Of a stretch of 32,000 bases of DNA, positions 24,700 to 32,000 are shown piece after piece. Source of the stretch: Patescibacteria group bacterium (GTDB taxonomy: Bacteria > Patescibacteriota > Patescibacteriia > 2-01-FULL-39-33); the NCBI GenBank assembly GCA_041662745.1, contig JBAZRV010000007.1, forward strand, positions 2,028-34,027, read 5' to 3'. Within the stretch, counting starts at the first letter, position 1. Each line of letters opens with the position of its first letter. Below the pieces are notes generated by a model, which saw only the letters and a program-made list of their open reading frames with translations, searched no databases and was not told where the DNA came from. The translations under genes were made by a program, and so were the position numbers.

Positions 24700-24876
24700 A
24701 TGTCCAAAGCATGTTCCGTTTGCGGCCGCGGCACCAGAAGCAGCTTTTCCGTCTCTCACTCCAACATTAAATCCAAGCGCACTCAGAAAATCAATCTGAA
24801 AAGCAAAAGATTGGACGGCAAATCAACCGCTATCTGCACCGCCTGCCTGAAAACCAAAGCCAAAAAACAAAAATAA
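24700..24876 (+). CDS. rpmB: 50S ribosomal protein L28 (58 aa, C4 type)
   Basis: Own translation: MSKACSVCGRGTRSSFSVSHSNIKSKRTQKINLKSKRLDGKSTAICTACLKTKAKKQK. bL28 pattern (CxxCG…G…SHS…K…NL). Below the ORF-track size cutoff. Promoter at 24572..24600 and terminator at 24903..24924. Confidence 0.85.
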   Translation: MSKACSVCGRGTRSSFSVSHSNIKSKRTQKINLKSKRLDGKSTAICTACLKTKAKKQK

Positions 24877-24902
24877 TCATTGCTATTCCGCTTTTGCAGC
24901 AT

Positions 24903-24924
24903 CCCGGCTACGGCCGGGTTTTTT
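24903..24924 (+). terminator. rpmB intrinsic terminator
   Basis: CCCGGC-TACG-GCCGGG followed by TTTTTT. Confidence 0.85.
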
Positions 24925-24951
24925 GTTGCCGAAACATTAAAGTGATATAAT
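24923..24951 (+). promoter_or_regulatory. promoter candidate TTGTTG-N17-TGaTATAAT upstream of the DUF2769-like gene
   Basis: Extended -10 at 24943..24951. This would give a leader of about 170 nt. Confidence 0.4.
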
Positions 24952-25129
24952 TAATGAAAGCCGGACATTACATTATGTGGCCATAACCGACCGATGAATC
25001 GTGAGACGCATAAATAGAGATGCTATTTCAAGAAAAAATACAGCTTTAATTGGTAATATAATCAGCTAAAACGTCTTATTAAACTTGGCATTAACGACTG
25101 ACACGCAGTCAGCGGTGCCAATTAAATAT

Positions 25130-25351
25130 ATGACAATACAAAAAACCGAGGCAAACTCAGGCAGGTGCGTTTGCGGGCAATGCCCTTCTTACAGCGACTG
25201 TTTGAGAGACAGAGCAGAGGGATTATTCTGCGCCTCGGGCAAAGCCACTTGCGAAATCAAAAAAAGTGGTTGCTTGTGTGGCGGCTGCCCGATCGCCACT
25301 GAATACAACTTAAATGGCGGTTACTGGTGCATTGAAGGAGTCGCGGAGTAA
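25130..25351 (+). CDS. Cys-rich small protein, DUF2769-like
   Basis: Trimmed to the ATG at 25130 (MTIQKTEANSGRCVCGQCPSYSDC…LFCASGKATC…GCLCGGCPIATEYNL…YWCIEG). The Cys spacing matches my recollection of DUF2769. Confidence 0.6.
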   Translation: MTIQKTEANSGRCVCGQCPSYSDCLRDRAEGLFCASGKATCEIKKSGCLCGGCPIATEYNLNGGYWCIEGVAE

Positions 25352-25376
25352 GGCAAAAAAACAAAAGAACAAAATT

Positions 25377-25398
25377 CCCGCCCCTTTAGGGGGGGGGG
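25377..25398 (+). repeat. G10 homopolymer forming a CCCGCCCC-TTTA-G10 hairpin
   Basis: Ten consecutive G at 25389..25398, counted directly. Confidence 0.8.
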
Positions 25399-25419
25399 AT
25401 AATATTAAAAGTGAAAAAA

Positions 25420-25444
25420 TCACTGGCTTCGGCCAGCGATTTTT
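25420..25444. terminator. bidirectional terminator between the DUF2769-like gene and ndk
   Basis: TCACTGGC-TTCG-GCCAGCGA (one mismatch), flanked by A6 upstream and T5 downstream. Confidence 0.6.
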
Positions 25445-25471
25445 AAATTTGAATTATCTTATGGGAAGATT

Positions 25472-25963
25472 TTATAAAGTATGCGCTTCGTAAACCGTCT
25501 TATAATCAAAAATCTCATCCTCATTAAACCAAACGTATATTTCCCTCTCTGCGTCAGCCTTATCAGCGGAAGCATGAACGAGATTAGCGACAACTTTTTT
25601 CTCCGTATCGGCATGGGAATAAGAAACATGGGAATAATCGCCGCGAATAGTGCCGGGAGTGGCGGACTTGGGTTCGGTTGCGCCCACCATCATGCGGACG
25701 TTGTCAATAGCATCCACGCCCTCAACCACAAAAGCCAAAACCGGTCCCGAGGTAATAAAATCAATCAAATATTTTCGGACATGTTCGCCGCGGCGGACGG
25801 CAATATCTTCGGTGTAATGCGCCTTGGCCTTCTCTTCGCTGACCCAGGCTAAACGCATGGCCACAATCTTCATGCCCACTTTTTCAAAACGGGCGACTAT
25901 TTCCCCCATCACCCCGCGCTTAACGGCATCAGGCTTAAGCAAAACCAATGTTCGTTCAATCAT
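25472..25963 (-). CDS. ndk: nucleoside diphosphate kinase
   Basis: 163 aa, …ERTLVLLKPDAVKRG…NLVHASD-like region. One-nt gap after the receiver gene. Confidence 0.92.
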   Translation of the reverse strand: MIERTLVLLKPDAVKRGVMGEIVARFEKVGMKIVAMRLAWVSEEKAKAHYTEDIAVRRGEHVRKYLIDFITSGPVLAFVVEGVDAIDNVRMMVGATEPKSATPGTIRGDYSHVSYSHADTEKKVVANLVHASADKADAEREIYVWFNEDEIFDYKTVYEAHTL

Positions 25964-25964
25964 A

Positions 25965-26342
25965 TTATTTTAAATATTTTTTAATAACGTTTATCACATC
26001 AGCCGGAGTATGCTGCGCCTTGACAAAATATTCTTCGGCGCCCAGCTGCTGACCCTTCTCCTGGTCGGATTCCTGACCCAAGTTAGTCATAATAATCGTT
26101 GGAATCTTTTTGGTTGCCGCTTCGCTCTTAAGCGAGCTAAGAATGGAAAAACCATCAACTTCCGGCAGGATAATATCTAAGAGAATAATGTCCGGATCAT
26201 CGGTTTTGGCCAGCTCAATCGCCTGGCTGCCCTTATCGGTTATAATGACTTCATAACCCTCCTCCTCCAATCGCAATTTATACATATCCACGATCATGGC
26301 GTCATCTTCCACGAGCAGTACTTTAATTTTATCACCTGGCAT
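25965..26342 (-). CDS. stand-alone response-regulator receiver domain (CheY-like)
   Basis: Trimmed to the ATG at 26342 (MPGDKIKVLLVEDD…ILLDIILPEVDG…TNLG…K). No output domain, and no kinase in the window. Confidence 0.85.
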   Translation of the reverse strand: MPGDKIKVLLVEDDAMIVDMYKLRLEEEGYEVIITDKGSQAIELAKTDDPDIILLDIILPEVDGFSILSSLKSEAATKKIPTIIMTNLGQESDQEKGQQLGAEEYFVKAQHTPADVINVIKKYLK

Positions 26343-26380
26343 AATAATAAAAATTAGATTAATAATTAAACAACAAAGAA

Positions 26381-26409
26381 ATCTTAACAAAAACCAACAA
26401 TAAAGTCAA
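26381..26409 (-). promoter_or_regulatory. promoter TTGACT-N17-TGtTAAGAT for the receiver-ndk pair
   Basis: -35 at 26409..26404 and -10 at 26386..26381. Confidence 0.55.
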
Positions 26410-26413
26410 AAAA

Positions 26414-27304
26414 TCAATCAGCAAACATAAACTCCCGGCCGTCGCTGAATAAGCGAATATCGCCAGCCAAATCGGTACGAAAAATCTTAGCGCCCAACCG
26501 CTTCAAATAATACAGCGTACGGTAATGGGGATGGCCGTATTGATTGTCGGCGCCGACAGAAACTATTGCTAACTCCGGCGCTGCCGCCGACAAAAAACCC
26601 TTGTCATTGGCATTAGTTGAACCATGATGCCCGACTTTAAGCACGTCGGATTTAATCTGAACCATTGATTGCAACAATAGCCCCTCCTCATTTTCAAAAT
26701 CTCCGGTATACAAAGCGGTGGTGGAGCCGTAAACCAATTTAAAAACGATGGAAGTATTATTAAGATTATCCGCATGTTCACCTTGCCAGTTTTTCTCCGG
26801 CGCCAGGAATTTCAATACCAAGCCGTCAATTGTTTCTTCTTGCGGTTGTTCAATTATTTCCACTGGAATATCCTTCTCTTCAACCAGCCTTAAAAATTCC
26901 AAATAATCGGGCGCCGTATGGGTGACTCCGGTCATAATCACCTTGTTTACCTGATATCTCTTAAGGACTTCCACCAAGCCGGCGACGTGGTCAGAGTGCG
27001 GATGGCTCAAAATAACCGTCTCAATGGTCCGATCGGTCGGTGGCAAGTACTGGCCCAACCCGTACAGCACTTTATTATCGGGCCCGCCATCAACCAAGAT
27101 ATCTTCACCACCGGGAGTTATAATTAATGAGGCGTCCCCTTGCCCGACATCAAAAAATATCAATTCTAAAGACGAGGTGGAACGGATGTTAAAGGTTCCT
27201 AAAACGGCGCCGGTATGACGCTGGCAGAAATTAAAGCCGACTCCGGCCAATAATAAAAAAATTATAACGAATCCGATTGAATATTTTATGCCTTTATTGG
27301 TCAT
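26414..27304 (-). CDS. membrane-anchored ComEC-type metallo-beta-lactamase domain protein
   Basis: 296 aa with an N-terminal TM anchor. FFDVGQGDASLI, HPHSDHVAG, KVGHHGS are the ComEC/Rec2 C-terminal MBL signature. Confidence 0.85.
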   Translation of the reverse strand: MTNKGIKYSIGFVIIFLLLAGVGFNFCQRHTGAVLGTFNIRSTSSLELIFFDVGQGDASLIITPGGEDILVDGGPDNKVLYGLGQYLPPTDRTIETVILSHPHSDHVAGLVEVLKRYQVNKVIMTGVTHTAPDYLEFLRLVEEKDIPVEIIEQPQEETIDGLVLKFLAPEKNWQGEHADNLNNTSIVFKLVYGSTTALYTGDFENEEGLLLQSMVQIKSDVLKVGHHGSTNANDKGFLSAAAPELAIVSVGADNQYGHPHYRTLYYLKRLGAKIFRTDLAGDIRLFSDGREFMFAD

Positions 27305-27310
27305 GGATGA

Positions 27311-27319
27311 ATTATAACA
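27311..27319 (-). promoter_or_regulatory. extended -10 (TGtTATAAT) 6 nt upstream of the MBL gene ATG
   Basis: Minus strand: TGTTATAAT-tcatcc-ATG. The predicted +1 coincides with the A of the ATG. Confidence 0.4.
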
Positions 27320-27340
27320 TACCTAATAAAAAAATTTATA

Positions 27341-27370
27341 AAAACTAAAAACCCCGAACTAACGGGGTTT
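27341..27370 (-). terminator. terminator of the CARDB gene
   Basis: AAACCCCG-N6-CGGGGTTT followed by TTTAGTTTTTAT on the minus strand. Confidence 0.65.
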
Positions 27371-27395
27371 GAAGGAATACTAAAAATGATGATTA

Positions 27396-28460
27396 TTACG
27401 GAACAACGGTAATATATTCAGAATAAGTATTGTTGTTTTCATTTACCTCCGCTAATTCGCTCGGCTCATCCGCCTTAGCGGTAAAGGTTTTCTTACCGCT
27501 GGCGATAAATTTGCCATTATAGGTTATCTCAAAAATCTGGCTGGTGCCAAGCGGTCTGGAGGCGGAAGGGTAATCGCCGTGATTTATAGTAGCCACGGTA
27601 AAATCTTGCCCGATAAAAGAAATATTACGCAGACCGGCCGAGGTCGTCAAAGCCGAACCGGTATTCTTAATTTGCAACACGACGTTATAATTGGTATTGA
27701 CTTTAGGCTGCGAAGTGGGGAAAACAATATCGTAAACTATTAAATCTGGCTTAGTCGGAGAAACCGGGGTTAAATTGTAAACCAAACTGTAGAGGATGGA
27801 CAAACCGCGTTCAGCCGCCGTAACCGAAGTCTTACCGCTAGCATAAGTCATGGTAGTCGGAACATCTTTGATAATTGAGCTTTCCTTATAACCATTAGCT
27901 TCAAAGCCGGCAGCGGTGACCTTTCTCTTGGCGCCGGCATCAATCAAATAAATGTCTTTAGAACCAACATACTGGATTAAAGAACCGTCGGGCAACTTGG
28001 AAACGGAAGTAAGAATGCAAGAATTGTCTCTGATATAATCCGTCTCAAAAGAACTTTGAATGATAATGGTACGCGACTGCCAATTATCTCCATACAGAGC
28101 GCGAACCTCGCACAGCACGCCGCCGGGAGTAACAGCAAAAACTTTGTTGCTGTTATCAAACTGCGCCAGATTGCTGCCCGGCCTGACTATGACATTCTTG
28201 CCATTATCAATCTGATCAAATTCATCTTGAGTAACAATTTTAATTTTTTGATCCGACCAACCGCCGCTGTACCAAGTAAAAAAGGTGGCTTGATTGGAGA
28301 ATAAATGACGCTTCAAATCATCATCAATAATATAAACCGCCGGACTGGACGCGGTTTTAATCAAATCGCCGGACATCGGTAAATAAGCGGCTCTCGCCGG
28401 CTTGCCGCTGCCGCCGACAATAATCAGGGCAATAGCTAAAATTAAAAATATTTTTTTCAT
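27396..28460 (-). CDS. secreted protein with a C-terminal CARDB-like domain
   Basis: 354 aa. Signal peptide MKKIFLILAIALIIVGGSGKPARA. Two VYxIDxxxKRxxxxxxxF repeats. C-terminus PDLIVYDI…IKNTGS…ELAEVNENNN is CARDB-like. Confidence 0.75.
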   Translation of the reverse strand: MKKIFLILAIALIIVGGSGKPARAAYLPMSGDLIKTASSPAVYIIDDDLKRHLFSNQATFFTWYSGGWSDQKIKIVTQDEFDQIDNGKNVIVRPGSNLAQFDNSNKVFAVTPGGVLCEVRALYGDNWQSRTIIIQSSFETDYIRDNSCILTSVSKLPDGSLIQYVGSKDIYLIDAGAKRKVTAAGFEANGYKESSIIKDVPTTMTYASGKTSVTAAERGLSILYSLVYNLTPVSPTKPDLIVYDIVFPTSQPKVNTNYNVVLQIKNTGSALTTSAGLRNISFIGQDFTVATINHGDYPSASRPLGTSQIFEITYNGKFIASGKKTFTAKADEPSELAEVNENNNTYSEYITVVP

Positions 28461-28483
28461 ACTGCTGATATTTAACTACTAAT

Positions 28484-28512
28484 AGTATAACATTTGATAT
28501 AAAAAATGCCAA
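28484..28512 (-). promoter_or_regulatory. CARDB gene promoter TTGGCA-N17-TGtTATACT
   Basis: The -35 is embedded in the 3' arm of the upstream terminator. Confidence 0.55.
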
Positions 28513-28531
28513 ACCCGGCGGGTTTGGCATT
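28497..28531 (-). terminator. terminator of the T2SSF-domain gene
   Basis: 12-bp stem AATGCCAAACCC/GGGTTTGGCATT followed by T-rich sequence on the minus strand. Confidence 0.75.
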
Positions 28532-28549
28532 GAATTCAATGTTCAAAGT

Positions 28550-29206
28550 TTACTTGAGATTAAAGCGACCGGATAACTGCGCCAAACGCGCCAATAGGTA
28601 ATCAAGATTGCATTTTGTTTCGCAACTGTCAATGCCATCATCATCGGCAGGCAAATCCAAAAGGTCAGGTGAGAACCCGCTTTCGTTGGCATTAATCAGG
28701 CTGATTTCCATGGCAGAAAATTGTCCGGTTTCCGACATGGCCTCAGCGATACTTCCGCCATCTTTGACAGAATCATGGATCTTTTCTGCCGCCTCCCGCA
28801 GTGGAGCATCCAATCGTTTTGAACTTTCTTTCAATGCTTGCAAAATAGGTACACCGAGAAAAAGCAACCTGCTTAAAATCTGATAAAAAGATTCATACTG
28901 ATCAGCGCGGGAATAAATCGAGCCGTCGACAATGTAATGCATCGCCAAGGGCATGGTTCCGCCGGTTTCTCCGCTTCTGACAGCGCACACTTCCAGATCT
29001 GAAAACATTGAAGACGCGCTTAAGGCCTTCGAAAAAGACAATCCCCCTCTAACATCTTCAATGATTTTCTTAATACCGCGGTCAAAGTCATTAGTAGCGG
29101 ATAATTGACTGTAAATAACGTTCAATGCTTGCATCAGTGTCAAATTCAAGTCCAATAAATTTGCCAGATCAAACCAAAACATCCGATATTGCATGGCTCG
29201 TGTCAT
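28550..29206 (-). CDS. soluble protein made of two T2SSF (PilC/GspF cytoplasmic) domains, no TM segments
   Basis: 218 aa. Domain 1: FWFDLANLLDLNLTLMQAL…VRGGLSFSKAL…VRSGETGG. Domain 2: FYQILSRLLFLGVPILQAL…VKDGGSIAEAM…INANESG. AAGGAGG 6 nt upstream, with its own promoter and terminator. Confidence 0.75.
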   Translation of the reverse strand: MTRAMQYRMFWFDLANLLDLNLTLMQALNVIYSQLSATNDFDRGIKKIIEDVRGGLSFSKALSASSMFSDLEVCAVRSGETGGTMPLAMHYIVDGSIYSRADQYESFYQILSRLLFLGVPILQALKESSKRLDAPLREAAEKIHDSVKDGGSIAEAMSETGQFSAMEISLINANESGFSPDLLDLPADDDGIDSCETKCNLDYLLARLAQLSGRFNLK

Positions 29207-29273
29207 GATTATCCTCCTTTTTGCCCAGCCATAGATTGACGTGGGCGGTTGAAGTTGTAAAGTGCCTGAATTA

Positions 29274-29302
29274 AAACTAAATCATTCCTCTATAATTGTC
29301 AA
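29274..29302 (-). promoter_or_regulatory. promoter candidate TTGACA-N17-TAGTTT for the T2SSF-domain gene
   Basis: -35 at 29302..29297 and -10 at 29279..29274, just downstream of the ComEC stop. Confidence 0.45.
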
Positions 29303-29318
29303 TAAAGCTATAAAAATA

Positions 29319-30851
29319 CTAAAGTTTATTATTCTGTCGCCAAATAAAACAAAATAACAAAAAATAAAAAATAATCAATGCCGGCAGACCAAAGCCAGCC
29401 AACTCAACAGAACTCAAAGGCAAGGAATCAATTAAACGGGAAACTGTTAGCCAATATTGAACCGCTAACCAAGTCAGCCAACCAATCATTTTTCCAAGAG
29501 CGGGGAAAATTGCTCCCGCAATCGCATTAATCAAACTCAAGATCATTAACGGCGGAATGATCGGCAAGATTAGCAAATTAGCCGGCAGAGACAATAGAGA
29601 CAAACGGCCGAAATAGTATAAAATTAACGGCAGAGTGGAAAGCTGAGCGCTGCCGGTAGTCAAAACTATTTCCTTGATTTGCCAAAATTCCGGCCAATCT
29701 TTAAAATACCGCTTAATGATCGGCAATAAGTAACCCAATCCCAAGACTGAAGCGAAAGATAATTGGAAACCAACGTCATCAAGCAAGGTGAAAGGATTGA
29801 ACAACAGCATAATTGCGGCAGTGCAAGCCAAAATGTTTTTTATTCCGGTCAATCGTCCTAAGGCCGTAGCATAAAGCGCCGCTAACGCCATGATCGCCGA
29901 TCGTACGGCCGAAGCCGGGGCGCCGACCAGAATCACATAGCCGGCAATGATAAAGACCGAAGGCCAAAAAGTTTTCTGGCGCCGGACGCCAAAAGCGATA
30001 AGCAAATTCAAAATAATGGCAAAAACAACAACCAAATGCGAACCGGAAACGGCAATTATATGTGTTAAGCCCAAATTAGCGAATATCACGCCGTAAAATT
30101 CCGGTATGCCGCGGCTATCGCCGAGGATGATGCCTCTGATAATTGAGGCTTGCGGTTCGGATAAGGAGCTGTTAATACCCCGAGTTAGCCAGGATTTCAA
30201 ATGGCCGATATGCCCCAAAACCGACAAGCCGCTTGGCGGAGCCAAGGACTTTACTTCAGCCAAAACACAAGCAACAAAAACCCCATCCTTCCGTAGATAC
30301 CTGGCGTAATCAAAGTCATCAATCATCCCCGGACGGATTAAGCGACAACTGACTGCGACCTTTTCGGCCAATTGCCATTCCGGATATAAATCAGTTTTAA
30401 CCGCTACTCTATCGACTACCGGCCGATTTCTTACTTCTAACGCCGGTGAAAAATCCGGGGTCGCCCTAATTAAATAACCCGCCTTAACTGTCAGCTTCTG
30501 ACTGTCAACGGTTTTATCAACGCGAACAATCCGGCCGATGAATTCCACTGTGGATGAAGCATAACCGCTCAATCTTTCCGGTTGATTATATTTGGGCAAA
30601 GCCGAAACGCAACGCCACCAGCCAAAAATTAAAAAAAATAAAAATAATAAAAAAACAAGCAATTGGCCGTTGGCTTCATTTACCGGCTTTTTGTTCCTGA
30701 TTCCAAAACCCAGAACAAAAACCGAAAACAATACGGTCAACCCCAGACAGAAAAGCCAAAAGGCCGAAAAAATAAAAAAATTACCGAAAAATATTCCGGC
30801 AATAAAAGAGAGACAGGAAAAAAATAATAACTGAGCGCGGCTTAGCGGCAT
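29319..30851 (-). CDS. comEC: ComEC/Rec2 membrane channel part (DUF4131 OB-fold plus competence domain, no MBL domain)
   Basis: 510 aa, polytopic. …LGLTHIIAVSGSHLVVV… competence-domain motif. ATG overlaps the prfB stop (TAATG). Confidence 0.85.
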   Translation of the reverse strand: MPLSRAQLLFFSCLSFIAGIFFGNFFIFSAFWLFCLGLTVLFSVFVLGFGIRNKKPVNEANGQLLVFLLFLFFLIFGWWRCVSALPKYNQPERLSGYASSTVEFIGRIVRVDKTVDSQKLTVKAGYLIRATPDFSPALEVRNRPVVDRVAVKTDLYPEWQLAEKVAVSCRLIRPGMIDDFDYARYLRKDGVFVACVLAEVKSLAPPSGLSVLGHIGHLKSWLTRGINSSLSEPQASIIRGIILGDSRGIPEFYGVIFANLGLTHIIAVSGSHLVVVFAIILNLLIAFGVRRQKTFWPSVFIIAGYVILVGAPASAVRSAIMALAALYATALGRLTGIKNILACTAAIMLLFNPFTLLDDVGFQLSFASVLGLGYLLPIIKRYFKDWPEFWQIKEIVLTTGSAQLSTLPLILYYFGRLSLLSLPANLLILPIIPPLMILSLINAIAGAIFPALGKMIGWLTWLAVQYWLTVSRLIDSLPLSSVELAGFGLPALIIFYFLLFCFIWRQNNKL

Positions 30852-31952
30852 TATTTTCCGGCTTGTTGCTTTAGGTAGGCGCCGACAAAATCATCGATTT
30901 CGCCGCCAAGCACCCGATCGGTATCGGCGGTTTCATAATCAGTGCGATGATCTTTTACCAAACGATAGGGTTGCAAAACATAAGAACGAGCTTGATTGCC
31001 CCATTGAGCTTGACGGTATTCTCCCTTAATTTTCTCCTTCTTTTCTCCGGCCGCTTCCTGATAGTACTGCAACAATTTTGATTTTAAAATCTTTAACGCC
31101 TTATTTTTATTTTGTAACTGCGATCTTTCATTCTGGCATTTAACAGTGATGCCGGTCGGCAAATGGGTCAAACGGACAGCGGAATCAGTTGTATTGACCG
31201 ATTGGCCGCCATGGCCGCCGGCGCGAAAAACATCAACTTTAATATCCTCATCTTTAATTTCCACTGACTCAATTTCCTCAAGTTCGGGCAATACTTCTAC
31301 TAAGGCAAAAGAAGTATGGCGCATTTTTTCTGCGTCAAACGGCGAAATGCGCACTAATCGATGTACTCCCCCCTCAGACTTCAGCCAGCCATAAGCATAA
31401 CGGCCGGTTACCTCTATGGTCGCCGATTTTATTCCAGCCTCTCCGCCGGCCGTTTCATCAATAATCTTAGCCTCAAAGCCGTGGCGCTCGCAAAAACGCA
31501 AATACATCCTTACGAGCATTTGCGCCCAGTCCATCGCATCCACTCCGCCAGTACCGGCATGGACTGAAAGGACGGCATTCTCTTTGTCGTATTTATCAGA
31601 AAATAAAACAGCAAATTCCAAGCGGTCATATTCCGCTTGCAATTGCTGTAACTTAGCTGTTAGCTCGAATTGATGGGCTTCCAGTTCGCCACTACTGTCG
31701 AAAATTTTCGACAACTCTAAAATCTCGGCTAAATTATCAGTCAACTTCTGCCAGATTCCCGCCTCCTTCTTCAAATCATCATATTGCTTGCTTACAACCT
31801 TAGCGGTTTCGGAGTCAGACCAAAAATCAGGTTTTGACATCTTGACCTCTAATCGTTTCAATTCTTTTTCAGTTTGATCGGGGTCAAAGTAACCTCCAGG
31901 TGGCGGCTACCTTGTCTTGCAGCTCTTTAATTTTTAGTAACAAGTCGTTCAT
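30851..31952 (-). CDS. prfB: peptide chain release factor 2, needs a programmed +1 frameshift
   Basis: Frame 0: ATG at 31952, MNDLLLKIKELQDKVAATWRLL, then TGA at 31886..31884. The +1 frame from 31885 reads DPDQTEKELKRLEVKMSKPDFW… and joins the 336-aa ORF with SPF and GGQ motifs. The slippery CTT TGA C is preceded by GGAGG 3 nt upstream. Confidence 0.92.
31883..31897 (-). promoter_or_regulatory. prfB +1 frameshift site (GGAGG-TTA-CTT-TGA-C)
   Basis: Minus-strand sequence tGGAGGttaCTTTGAC. Same architecture as the E. coli prfB autoregulatory site. Confidence 0.85.
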
Positions 31953-32000
31953 AAAATTAGGCTATGACCATGCCCAAGATTTTAAAATAATTTTCGTAAT

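Noticed and set aside
24954-24986. 10-codon mini-ORF (MKAGHYIMWP) upstream of the DUF2769-like gene
   Set aside because: It would start upstream of the predicted TSS, has no RBS, and is too short to evaluate.

Overview
This is a minus-strand-dominated 32-kb segment of a small, streamlined bacterial genome. It looks like Candidate Phyla Radiation / Patescibacteria: the S10-spc ribosomal cluster lacks rpmD (L30), L3/L4/L22/L23 carry K/E-rich extensions, ComEC is split, and core genes have almost no Shine-Dalgarno (SD) sites. That taxonomic call is inference from gene content only. Gene order, on the minus strand unless noted: adk (partial), secY, rplO, rpsE, rplR, rplF, rpsH, rpsZ, rplE, rplX, rplN, rpsQ, rpmC, rplP, rpsC, rplV, rpsS, rplB, rplW, rplD, rplC, rpsJ, tuf, [Phd-like orphan, 234-aa orphan (+), valS, 101-aa orphan (+)], fusA, [two cassettes with four paralogous small proteins], rpsG, rpsL, GNAT, M50 protease, rpmB (+, under 60 aa so missing from the ORF track), DUF2769-like Cys-rich protein (+), ndk, CheY-like receiver, ComEC MBL piece, secreted CARDB protein, TM-less tandem T2SSF protein, ComEC membrane piece, prfB (programmed +1 frameshift, first exon missing from the ORF track). 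No tRNA, rRNA, CRISPR array or transposase was found. Main candidates for new biology: (1) a duplicated two-gene cassette array of four divergent paralogous small proteins between rpsG and fusA, with near-identical non-coding flanks; (2) a soluble protein made only of two PilC/GspF cytoplasmic (T2SSF) domains, sitting inside a split ComEC DNA-uptake locus; (3) a sharp split between SD-less core genes and strong-SD orphan genes; (4) heptamer-phased, stop-codon-rich and hairpin-forming repeat families that fill unusually long spacers in the ribosomal operons.
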